This document shows, one piece after another, positions 20,507-28,561 of a DNA stretch of 64,000 nucleotides (the stretch's first letter is position 1; each line of letters begins with the position of its first letter). The stretch spans positions 7,471-71,470 of the forward strand of contig JANXTG010000004.1 in assembly GCA_025352525.1 (NCBI GenBank), read 5' to 3'. Source of the DNA: Ferruginibacter sp. (GTDB taxonomy: Bacteria > Bacteroidota > Bacteroidia > Chitinophagales > Chitinophagaceae). A program made the translations under genes and the position numbers. The notes below the pieces were generated by a model that did no database searches, was not told where the DNA came from, and saw only the letters and a program-made list of their open reading frames with translations.

Positions 20507-21376
20507 ATGAAAGCAGGATTCGTAAATATTTTTGGCAAACCAAACGCAGGTAAAAGCACTTTATTGAATGCTTTTATGGGTGAAAAAATGGCCATCGTTT
20601 CGCACAAAGTACAAACAACCCGTCATCGAATTAAGGCAATTTTATCTACGGATGAATATCAGATAATTTTTTCTGATACACCGGGAATAATTGATCCCAA
20701 GTACAAATTGCACGAAAAAATGATGCAGGCCGTAAAAGGAAGTTTGGAAGATGCAGATGTTGCGCTGCTTATTGCAGACGCAGGCGAAGATCCGGCTGAG
20801 AGCCACGATATTTTTCAAAAACTTAAATTAAAAGCTCCCGTAATCGTCGTTTTAAATAAGACAGATTCAGTAAAGGATCCGGAGAAATTAGATAGTGTAA
20901 AAACTTTTTTTGCCGAGCAACCATATTGTAAAGAAGTTGTTTTAATTTCTGCGCTAAAGAAGAATGGAATTGACGTGCTTTTACAAAGAGTACTTTCCTA
21001 TTTACCTGAAGGGCACCCTTTTTACGAAGGAGATGATATAAGTGATATGCCGGTAAAGTTTTTTGTTGGTGAACTAATAAGAGAAAAGATATTTGAAATG
21101 TACCATGAAGAGTTACCTTATCACACAGCCGTAGTAGTGCAGGAATACAAGGAAAAAACAACTCTCACAAAAATTCGTGCAGAAATAATAGTGCAGCGGG
21201 AAACACAAAAAGGGATTATTCTTGGTGAGGGTGGCAGTATGATTAAAAAATTGGGTACCGTTGCTAGACAAGACATTGAAGCTTTTATAGACAATAAGGT
21301 ATTCTTGGAGTTGTATGTAAAAGTCCGGCCAAAGTGGAGAGACAATGAGTTATATCTGAAAGAATATGGGTATTAG
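20507..21376 (+). CDS. era: GTPase Era
   Basis: GKPNAGKSTL, QTTR, DTPG, NKTD, EELPY, KH domain with LELYVKV. Confidence 0.97.
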   Translation: MKAGFVNIFGKPNAGKSTLLNAFMGEKMAIVSHKVQTTRHRIKAILSTDEYQIIFSDTPGIIDPKYKLHEKMMQAVKGSLEDADVALLIADAGEDPAESHDIFQKLKLKAPVIVVLNKTDSVKDPEKLDSVKTFFAEQPYCKEVVLISALKKNGIDVLLQRVLSYLPEGHPFYEGDDISDMPVKFFVGELIREKIFEMYHEELPYHTAVVVQEYKEKTTLTKIRAEIIVQRETQKGIILGEGGSMIKKLGTVARQDIEAFIDNKVFLELYVKVRPKWRDNELYLKEYGY

Positions 21377-21436
21377 AAAAATTAGGTATTAGAAATAACG
21401 AATTTATTTGTAATAATAATTCCTAACTGTCTAATT
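21371..21436. repeat. Degenerate heptamer array with inverted second arm
   Basis: AAATTAG GTATTAG AAATAAC GAATTTA (21379-21406) followed by an approximate reverse-complement arm (TTCCTAACTGTCTAATT). Confidence 0.5.
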
Positions 21437-21500
21437 AATAAATAGAATAAATAATAGTGAACGCGTGTTCGCAACACGTGATCCAAAAATCGTAATTAAA

Positions 21501-22811
21501 ATGAGTTTTACAGTAGCAATAACAGGTCGTCCAAATGTGGGCAAGAGTACTTTTTTTAACCGAATGCTTGAACAGCGTAAAGCCATTGTAGATGACGTGA
21601 GTGGCGTAACCAGAGATCGCCAATATGGAGTTGCGGAATGGACAGGACGTTCTTTTAATGTCATTGACACCGGAGGTTTTGTAGTGGGCAGTGATGATGT
21701 TTTTGAGCGAGAAATACGCAAGCAGGTTCATATAGCTATTGACGAATCCAATGTAATAATTTTTATGGTTGATGCTGCAGCAGGCATTACCAATTTGGAT
21801 GAAAGCATGGCAGATCTTTTACGAAGAAGCACAAAGCCTGTTTTTTTGGTTGTAAATAAAGTTGACAACCACACAAGAATGATGGAGGCCAGTGAATTTT
21901 ACAGCCTAGGTTTTGAACATATATTTTTCCTTTCTTCAATCAGCGGCAGCGGCACAGGCGAATTGTTGGATGCAATCGTAGCACTCATGCCCGCTGAAAG
22001 CGACAGTGTTACAGACGAAGAGGAGATCCCAAAGTTTGCTATCATTGGTCAGCCCAATGTAGGAAAATCCAGTTTATTAAATGCATTAATAGGGCAGGAG
22101 CGTACCATTGTCAGTGATATTGCCGGAACAACAAGAGATACTATTCATACCCATTACAACATGTTTAACAAAGAATTTGTGCTGATAGATACAGCCGGAA
22201 TTCGCCGTAAAAATAAAGTGAATGAAGATATTGAGTTTTACTCCGTAATAAGAGCCATTAAGGCAATGGATGAAGCTAACGTATGTATGATAATGATTGA
22301 CGCAGAGAAGGGAATAACTGCGCAGGATTTATCGATATTTGCTATGGCAGTTAAAAAAGGAAAAGGAATTGTAATGCTTGTAAATAAATGGGATCTTTTA
22401 GAAAAAGAAACCAACACTGCAAGGGATTATGAAAAAGAATTAAAACAACGTCTGGCTCCGTTTTCTGATGTTCCGATATTGTTTATTTCTGTTACAGAGA
22501 AACAACGCCTGCTCAAGAGTATTGAAGCTGCTTTGATGGTTTTTGAAAATAGACAACGTAAAGTTGCAACAAGTAAACTAAATGAGGTTATGCTGAAAGC
22601 GATAGAACAGTTTCACCCTCCAGTGGTTCGTGGTAATGCGGTTAAAATAAAATACGTTACACAGCTGCCAACTTTTGCTCCGACTTTTGCTTTTTTCTGT
22701 AATTATCCTGATGATGTAAAACTCCCTTATCAAAATTATCTTGAAAATAAACTGCGGGAGAATTTTGATTTTGCAGGTGTGCCTGTAAGGTTGTTTTTTA
22801 GGAAGAAGTAA
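21501..22811 (+). CDS. der: Ribosome biogenesis GTPase Der (EngA)
   Basis: Two G domains (GRPNVGKST, GQPNVGKSS), GVTRD/GTTRD, DTGG/DTAG. ATG at 21501 (MSFTVAI). Confidence 0.97.
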   Translation: MSFTVAITGRPNVGKSTFFNRMLEQRKAIVDDVSGVTRDRQYGVAEWTGRSFNVIDTGGFVVGSDDVFEREIRKQVHIAIDESNVIIFMVDAAAGITNLDESMADLLRRSTKPVFLVVNKVDNHTRMMEASEFYSLGFEHIFFLSSISGSGTGELLDAIVALMPAESDSVTDEEEIPKFAIIGQPNVGKSSLLNALIGQERTIVSDIAGTTRDTIHTHYNMFNKEFVLIDTAGIRRKNKVNEDIEFYSVIRAIKAMDEANVCMIMIDAEKGITAQDLSIFAMAVKKGKGIVMLVNKWDLLEKETNTARDYEKELKQRLAPFSDVPILFISVTEKQRLLKSIEAALMVFENRQRKVATSKLNEVMLKAIEQFHPPVVRGNAVKIKYVTQLPTFAPTFAFFCNYPDDVKLPYQNYLENKLRENFDFAGVPVRLFFRKK

Positions 22812-22902
22812 GCTGAAAAATATCTGTACAAATCAGTTTCATCTTTTTTTAATAGTTTAGCATTATTATTGCTAAACAACCGCAAACACTAAAAAATACA
22901 AC

Positions 22903-23391
22903 ATGAGAAAACTATTTTTTGTTGCGGCAATAGTAACAATTTTTACAGCCTGCAACGATCAGAACACAACATCCACTACTACAGTAACTTCCGATTCATC
23001 TTCAGTGGTAAATATTAAAACATCAACAGAAGGAGATATGATGATGAAAGATGGTAAAATGATGATTGTGAAAGGAGGTGTGCCTGTTGTTATGATGCAA
23101 TCTGTAGCATTAAATAATGGTACTATTGTTATGACAAACGGAGAAGTGAGAATGAAAGACGGAACTACAATGATATTAACTGAAGGCGCAACAGTGCACG
23201 GAAATGGAAGTATGATAGATAAGGAAGGGAATGTTTTTCAAACAATTGGTCGTGCAGGAGATAAACTACAGCAGGGTGCTGACAAACTAAAAGAAGGTGC
23301 AGTAAATTTAAAAGAAGGTGCCGCAAAATTGCTTGACCGTGCCGGAAATAAAATGAAAGAAGGCGCTGATAACATGAAGAAAAAACCGTAA
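22903..23391 (+). CDS. Met-rich lipoprotein (DUF6799-like) with heptad-repeat C-terminal tail
   Basis: Lipobox FTAC, MMMKDGKMM and MTNGEVRMKDG repeats, C-terminal K-L-x-E-G-A repeats. Confidence 0.65.
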   Translation: MRKLFFVAAIVTIFTACNDQNTTSTTTVTSDSSSVVNIKTSTEGDMMMKDGKMMIVKGGVPVVMMQSVALNNGTIVMTNGEVRMKDGTTMILTEGATVHGNGSMIDKEGNVFQTIGRAGDKLQQGADKLKEGAVNLKEGAAKLLDRAGNKMKEGADNMKKKP

Positions 23392-23415
23392 CGAATTAAG
23401 AAATTCTTTTTTGCA

Positions 23416-23445
23416 AGCTGCTCCTTCTTTGGGGCAGCTATTTTT
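23416..23445 (+). terminator. Intrinsic terminator
   Basis: AGCTGCTCC / GGGGCAGCT hairpin followed by ATTTTT. Confidence 0.7.
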
Positions 23446-23595
23446 ATGAAAAAAGATATTTACCTACTTTTTATTTTAGGTCATGAAATTATCTAATGAA
23501 AAAATGAATTAAACAATCTCGTTTACAAAGTTTGCAAACGTTTAAAAGAAGTTCCCTGAATTTTAGTGAACCAAATAAATTTGTAATCAATTTTC

Positions 23596-23925
23596 TTATC
23601 CTACAACTTCCACAATTTCATCCATACTAATAGCACTGTGGCTTTCATCATACACACATTTACCGTCTTTAATAATTAATACCTGAGGCGATGCATGTTC
23701 TACCTCAAACTCCTCTGCAATTTTTGAAGATAAGTTTCGGTGTGCAATAAGGTCAAGATAATTAAAATCTATTCCTTGTGGCTCTTCTGACCTTTCCAAA
23801 CGGCTTTTTGCCATGCTGCTTATGGAGCATTTCGTGCTGTGTTTAAAAATTACCTGCGGCTTTTCCGCTGATCGTTTTTTTATTTCCTCCAGACCTTCTT
23901 CGTTTGTAAATTCTTTCCAGTTCAT
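23596..23925 (-). CDS. ytxJ: Bacillithiol-system redox-active protein YtxJ (DUF2847)
   Basis: IFKHSTKCSIS single-Cys motif, YLDLIAHRNLS, VEHASPQVL, ESHSAI. Confidence 0.9.
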   Translation of the reverse strand: MNWKEFTNEEGLEEIKKRSAEKPQVIFKHSTKCSISSMAKSRLERSEEPQGIDFNYLDLIAHRNLSSKIAEEFEVEHASPQVLIIKDGKCVYDESHSAISMDEIVEVVG

Positions 23926-23934
23926 GTGTATATT

Positions 23935-24048
23935 TTAATGTATGATTCCCTGATTATTTGGACAACCTATTTTACGACTGCTTCCGCAACCTGTAAACAA
24001 AATTACTAAAGTAAACAGTGCGACAAATGCAAAGATTATTTTTTTCAT
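23935..24048 (-). CDS. Unannotated 37-aa small lipoprotein MKKIIFAFVALFTLVILFTGCGSSRKIGCPNNQGIIH
   Basis: ATG at 24048 to TAA at 23935; MKK n-region, hydrophobic h-region, FTG-C lipobox; 9 nt upstream of the ytxJ start. Below the ORF-track cutoff. Confidence 0.8.
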   Translation of the reverse strand: MKKIIFAFVALFTLVILFTGCGSSRKIGCPNNQGIIH

Positions 24049-24185
24049 ACCTAACAATTTATAAAAATCAAATTTAATTTAATCTGTTAAACGAAATTAA
24101 TCATCATTTATTATTAGCAGATGCTTAAGTTTTATTCAAAGATGTATATTGCAGTTATTAAAACTTTTTACAATAATCCCCAGAT

Positions 24186-24953
24186 ATGCTTGAACTTACA
24201 AGACCAATTGCTTTTATAGATCTTGAAACTACCGGAGTAAACCTTACCAACGACAGAATTGTTGAATTAGCTATTGTAAAAATAATGGCAGATGGTACCC
24301 GGATAGCAAAACGCAGATTGATAAATCCCCAAATGCCCATACCGCAGGGAACCAGCGATATACATGGAATTACGGATGAAATGGTGAAAGATGCGCCCAC
24401 TTTTAAACAGATGTCAAATGAGATAAGGCAGTTTCTTGAAAATTGCGATCTTGGTGGCTACAACAGTAACAGATTTGATATCCCTATGTTAATGGAAGAA
24501 TTTTTAAGAGCAGGGGTGGAGGTAGATTTAAGCGATCGCCGCATGATAGATGTTCAGCATATTTTTTATACCATGCAGCCACGCACACTTTCAGCCGCCT
24601 ATCAATTTTTCTGCGAAAAAGAATTGGTTGATGCGCACAGCGCTCAGGCAGATATTAATGCGACGATTGAAGTATTAGAAGCACAACTTAAAAAGTACGA
24701 TAAATTGGGCACTACGGTTGATTCGGTATTGGGCGTTATTGGTGAAGATAAAATTGTTGACTATGCACGCCGGTTTAGCTTTAATGCAAGCGGTAATGAA
24801 GTTTTTAATTTTGGTAAATACAAAGGAATGGTAGTTGCTGAAGTTCTTAAAAAAGAGCCTCAATATTACGATTGGATGATGAAAGGAGAATTTCCTATGC
24901 ATACCAAGAAAAAACTTACAGAATTATTCAATCGCACCTTGCTAAAAAAGTAA
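24186..24953 (+). CDS. DEDDh 3'-5' exonuclease (DnaQ / Pol III epsilon-like)
   Basis: IDLETTG, GYNSNRFD, HSAQAD motifs; C-terminal FNFGKYKG. Confidence 0.9.
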   Translation: MLELTRPIAFIDLETTGVNLTNDRIVELAIVKIMADGTRIAKRRLINPQMPIPQGTSDIHGITDEMVKDAPTFKQMSNEIRQFLENCDLGGYNSNRFDIPMLMEEFLRAGVEVDLSDRRMIDVQHIFYTMQPRTLSAAYQFFCEKELVDAHSAQADINATIEVLEAQLKKYDKLGTTVDSVLGVIGEDKIVDYARRFSFNASGNEVFNFGKYKGMVVAEVLKKEPQYYDWMMKGEFPMHTKKKLTELFNRTLLKK

Positions 24954-25023
24954 TTTTAAAAAATTTTTATTTAACACTTTACTTTTTATAAATTATTTTT
25001 AAATTAAAATAGCCCCAACTTTT

Positions 25024-25815
25024 TTGAATAAAATCGTTATCATACCTACTTACAATGAATGTGAGAATATTGAAACTATCATTACTGCAGTAATGAATCT
25101 GCAAAATGATTTTCATACACTTATTGTTGATGATGGTTCGCCAGATGGCACCGCACATATTGTAAAATCTTTAATGCCCCGATTTTCAGGGAAATTATTT
25201 ATAGAAGAAAGAAAGGGAAAACTTGGACTAGGAACAGCGTACATTCATGGGTTTAAATGGGCTTTAAAAAATAGGTACGATTACATTTTTGAAATGGATG
25301 CCGATTTTTCTCACAATCCACTGGATTTGGAAAGACTTTATCAGGCAGCATTCATTGGAGCTGATGTAGCAATAGGCTCAAGATATGTAAAAAATGGAGT
25401 TGTAGAAAATTGGCCAATGGATCGAATTGTGCTTTCAAAAGGCGCATCTTTGTATACTCGCCTAATAACATTTATGCCCATCAAAGATCCAACGGCTGGT
25501 TTTGTTTGTTACAAAGCAAATGTACTAAGCACAATAAATTTAGATGCTATAACCTTTGTTGGGTATGCATTTCAGATAGAAATGAAATTTGCAGCATGGA
25601 AATTGGGTTTTAAAATAGAAGAAGTGCCCATAACTTTTAAAGATAGAAAACTTGGTGCAAGCAAAATGAATAAAGGCATTATTAAAGAAGGAATCTTTGG
25701 TGTTTTACAATTGAAATGGCAAAGTATCTTTAAAAATTATCGACGTAAAATTGTAACAAAGCCTAATTCAGAAAATGTTTTTTTAGATCAGACGATTGCA
25801 TCAAAATCCAATTAA
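25024..25815 (+). CDS. Polyprenol monophosphomannose synthase-like GT2 glycosyltransferase
   Basis: IIPTYNE, VDDGSPDGT, GLGTAY, EMDADFSH, IGSRY, DPTAGF. Confidence 0.9.
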   Translation: MNKIVIIPTYNECENIETIITAVMNLQNDFHTLIVDDGSPDGTAHIVKSLMPRFSGKLFIEERKGKLGLGTAYIHGFKWALKNRYDYIFEMDADFSHNPLDLERLYQAAFIGADVAIGSRYVKNGVVENWPMDRIVLSKGASLYTRLITFMPIKDPTAGFVCYKANVLSTINLDAITFVGYAFQIEMKFAAWKLGFKIEEVPITFKDRKLGASKMNKGIIKEGIFGVLQLKWQSIFKNYRRKIVTKPNSENVFLDQTIASKSN

Positions 25816-26718
25816 TTATTTATTAAATGCCGGATGAAACTGCTGTAAAGTAGTTCTTAAAAATTCACGGTCAAGGTGTGTATAAATCTCGGTCGTAGTA
25901 ATGCTTTCATGACCAAGCATTTCCTGCACCGCACGCAAATCTGCACCTCCTTCAACCAAATGTGTAGCAAACGAATGTCGAAAAGTATGAGGAGAAATAT
26001 TTTTTGTAATGCCTGCTTTTTTTGCAAGTTCCTTAAGTATTAAAAATATCATTACTCTGGAAAGCTTTGAGCCTCTCCGGCTTAAAAAAAGAATATCTTC
26101 CTGCCCCAATTTTATTTTTATTTTATTTCTGATAAGATTTTTATAGATACCAATGTATTTAATGGCGTCAGATCCAATGGGGACTAGTCTTTCCTTTTCA
26201 GCTTTGCCTGTAACTTTTATGTAACCGACATCCATATATAAATTGCTTATTTTTAAATTGACCAATTCACTCACCCGTAAACCACAACTGTAAAGTGTTT
26301 CAAAAATCGCCCTGTTTCTTTCGCCTTCAGGTTTGCTCAAATCAATTGCAGTAATAATGTTTTCTATTTCTTCAAAAGCAAGCGTATCAGGCAGCTTGCG
26401 AATGTTTTTTGGTGCTTCTAAGAGTGTTGCTGGGTCTGCACTTACAATTTCTTCAAGCAAACAATATTTAAAAAAACTTTTTATGCCCGAAATAATTCTT
26501 GCCTGCGATGCATGTTGCATGCCTAATTCATTAACATACTTTGTAAATTTTTCAAGGTCTTTTAAATCAATTTCTATAATTTTTTGTTGTGAGTTTTTAA
26601 GTGCTAAAAAATCTGTCAGATGTTTTACATCGTGCAAATAAGCCTGTACCGAATTTTCTGATAATGATTTTTCCAGCTGCAACCAGGCTTTGTAGCCTTT
26701 CTTATACACTTCCCACAT
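25816..26718 (-). CDS. xerD: Site-specific tyrosine recombinase XerD
   Basis: LYSCGLRVSEL, GKAEKERLVP, HTFRHSFATHL, VQEMLGHESITTTEIYTH (R-H-R-H-Y catalytic set). Confidence 0.92.
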   Translation of the reverse strand: MWEVYKKGYKAWLQLEKSLSENSVQAYLHDVKHLTDFLALKNSQQKIIEIDLKDLEKFTKYVNELGMQHASQARIISGIKSFFKYCLLEEIVSADPATLLEAPKNIRKLPDTLAFEEIENIITAIDLSKPEGERNRAIFETLYSCGLRVSELVNLKISNLYMDVGYIKVTGKAEKERLVPIGSDAIKYIGIYKNLIRNKIKIKLGQEDILFLSRRGSKLSRVMIFLILKELAKKAGITKNISPHTFRHSFATHLVEGGADLRAVQEMLGHESITTTEIYTHLDREFLRTTLQQFHPAFNK

Positions 26719-26807
26719 AATTTTTTTGTTTTAATTAAACAGTGACGTTACAATATAATTAAACATTATTTTCGTTTAATAAAAAACTTTCAATTTTAAG
26801 CAAAAAT

Positions 26808-27341
26808 ATGTTCCCCGTAAATCTTAAAACTTTCAAAAAAAAGCTTTTGACAAACAGACCTTTTTTTAGAAGATTTATTAATAAAATAGAAAAAAATCCG
26901 CCAATCGGAATAGATAAACTTACACCCATTATTGATGCAGAAGTTTGGCAGGAAGTTGACTGTAAAACCTGTGCAAATTGTTGTAAGGTTATGACGCCCA
27001 CGTTTACTGAAAAAGATTTAAAGAGAATTTCGAAGCATTTTGGACAAACGGTAGATTCATTTAAAAAACAGTGGTTAAGAAAAGAGCGAAACGGTGACTG
27101 GGTAAACGTTACACAGCCTTGCCAGTTTTTAAATTTAACTACAAATATGTGTAATATTTATGCTGTTCGTCCAGATGATTGCGCTGGATTTCCACACATA
27201 AAAAAGAGAAAATTTGAAGATTATGCCCATGTGCACAAACAAAATATTGACTACTGTCCTGCCACTTTTAAAATGGTAGAAAAGTTGGTAGAAAGAGTTG
27301 AGGATATGAAAATCACGGGTTGTTTATTAAAAAAAGATTAA
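26808..27341 (+). CDS. YkgJ-family cysteine-cluster protein
   Basis: CKTCANCC, PCQFL, CNIYAVRPDDC, CP motifs. Confidence 0.85.
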   Translation: MFPVNLKTFKKKLLTNRPFFRRFINKIEKNPPIGIDKLTPIIDAEVWQEVDCKTCANCCKVMTPTFTEKDLKRISKHFGQTVDSFKKQWLRKERNGDWVNVTQPCQFLNLTTNMCNIYAVRPDDCAGFPHIKKRKFEDYAHVHKQNIDYCPATFKMVEKLVERVEDMKITGCLLKKD

Positions 27342-27382
27342 CGGTAATTAGATAATTTTTAAGCTTAAATAATTAAGGGATT

Positions 27383-27417
27383 TTCACAATTCATTATTCA
27401 CAATTCACATTTCTCAA
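27383..27417. repeat. Heptamer tandem array (5 units)
   Basis: TTCACAA TTCATTA TTCACAA TTCACAT TTCTCAA between convergent genes. Confidence 0.75.
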
Positions 27418-27419
27418 TC

Positions 27420-27776
27420 CTACAAATAAACATCTTTAATTAAAAAGTATTCAACGGCACTATTTTTAATCATAGTAATAGATAAAACATCAAACTGTAT
27501 TCGCTTCCATTGAGGATTTTGAAACAAATATTCTTCTGAGGCATTTATAAGATTATGGATTTTCTTTTCACTCACCTTGTCTTCAGGGTTTCCAAATTTT
27601 AAAGTAGTTACGGCTTTAACTTCTATAAAATGAAGTATATCATTGTTAGTTGCAATAATATCAACTTCAAGGTTTTTATGGCGCCAGTTTTTGTGAAGAA
27701 TTGTATAATCTTTCTCTTCAAACCAAACGGCAGCAAGGTCTTCACCGATTTTTCCTGTATCGTTATGTGATGCCAT
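27420..27776 (-). CDS. yraN: YraN-family (UPF0102) putative endonuclease
   Basis: GKIGEDLA, NWRHKNLEVDII, FIEVK, RIQFDV. Confidence 0.9.
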   Translation of the reverse strand: MASHNDTGKIGEDLAAVWFEEKDYTILHKNWRHKNLEVDIIATNNDILHFIEVKAVTTLKFGNPEDKVSEKKIHNLINASEEYLFQNPQWKRIQFDVLSITMIKNSAVEYFLIKDVYL

Positions 27777-27826
27777 GTAACTAATTTGGTTTGGGGCCGT
27801 GAGCTAAAAATATAATTCAACTTTTG

Positions 27827-27897
27827 TTCGGGCTATACGTTACAATCTTTTTTGTTCAAAGGCAACAAAAAAGGATTTCCACTGCTATTCCGGAGCC
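27827..27897 (-). ncRNA. Flavo-1-like structured RNA / repeat element, copy A
   Basis: Minus strand GGCTCCGGAATAGCAGTGGAAATCCTTTTTTGTT-GCCTTTG-AACAAAAAAGATTGTAACGTATAGCCCGAA: perfect 10-bp inner stem with conserved flanks shared with the copy at 41538. Rfam Flavo-1 assignment is from memory. Confidence 0.65.
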
Positions 27898-27940
27898 ATT
27901 CTGCAGAAAATCATTGTTCAACAATTGGCTAACAGATTTA

Positions 27941-28423
27941 CTACAATAATGTATTACCTGCAGCTGGTGCTCTTTCATACTCCACATCAACATCCAGGTT
28001 TTTTCCATCAGCAGCAGCTGTAGCTAATTCATCGCAAAGGTTATTAAATTCATTGTCCGCATGTCCTTTTACCCAAATAATATTGATGGTAAAATCTTTT
28101 GCTATAGCATGGTATCTTTTCCAGAGATCAGGGTTCTTTTTGCCACCTTTAAAGTTGGTTTTCATCCATGTATTTAACCAGCCTTTGTTTATGCTGTTAA
28201 CTACATATTGGCTGTCAGAATAAATTGTTACTGGTATTTCCCTATTGGTAATACTTTCTAAACCGGCAATAATTGCCCATAGTTCCATTCTGTTGTTGGT
28301 AGTATATTTAAATCCTTTTGACAATTCTTTTTTGTGATTTCCATAAATTAAAACTGCCCCATAACCGCCTCGGCCGGGGTTTCCACGTGCCGCACCATCC
28401 GTATATAAAGTTATTTTATCCAT
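27941..28423 (-). CDS. rnhA: Ribonuclease HI
   Basis: YTDGAARGNPGRGG, TTNNRMEL, SDSQYV, KNPDLW, WVKGHA, NNLCDELA. Start at MDKITL preferred. Confidence 0.95.
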   Translation of the reverse strand: MDKITLYTDGAARGNPGRGGYGAVLIYGNHKKELSKGFKYTTNNRMELWAIIAGLESITNREIPVTIYSDSQYVVNSINKGWLNTWMKTNFKGGKKNPDLWKRYHAIAKDFTINIIWVKGHADNEFNNLCDELATAAADGKNLDVDVEYERAPAAGNTLL

Positions 28424-28561
28424 ATTATTCTGAACCACTAAGGCAGTAAGATAAAAAAGTTACACAAAGACAAATCATGGGTATTATTAATTTGGATTTA
28501 TAACTTTTTTTAAATTCTTTGTGTTTCTACTTGCATTTCTTTGCGTCTTTGTGGTTCAAAT

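Noticed and set aside
21464-21478. CGTGTT-CGC-AACACG hairpin between era and der as a regulator
   Set aside because: Only 6 bp, no T tail and no other support.
23576-23583. Antisense promoter (TAAATTTG) firing into ytxJ
   Set aside because: No -33 box at the right spacing, and the motif is easily matched by chance in AT-rich DNA.
25816-26718. Phage or ICE integrase
   Set aside because: Sequence is typical chromosomal XerD among housekeeping genes; no att repeats, cargo or recognisable dif site nearby.
27383-27417. DnaA box cluster or CRISPR repeat
   Set aside because: The TTATTCACA match is a by-product of the heptamer array; there are no 25-40 bp repeats with unique spacers anywhere in the window.
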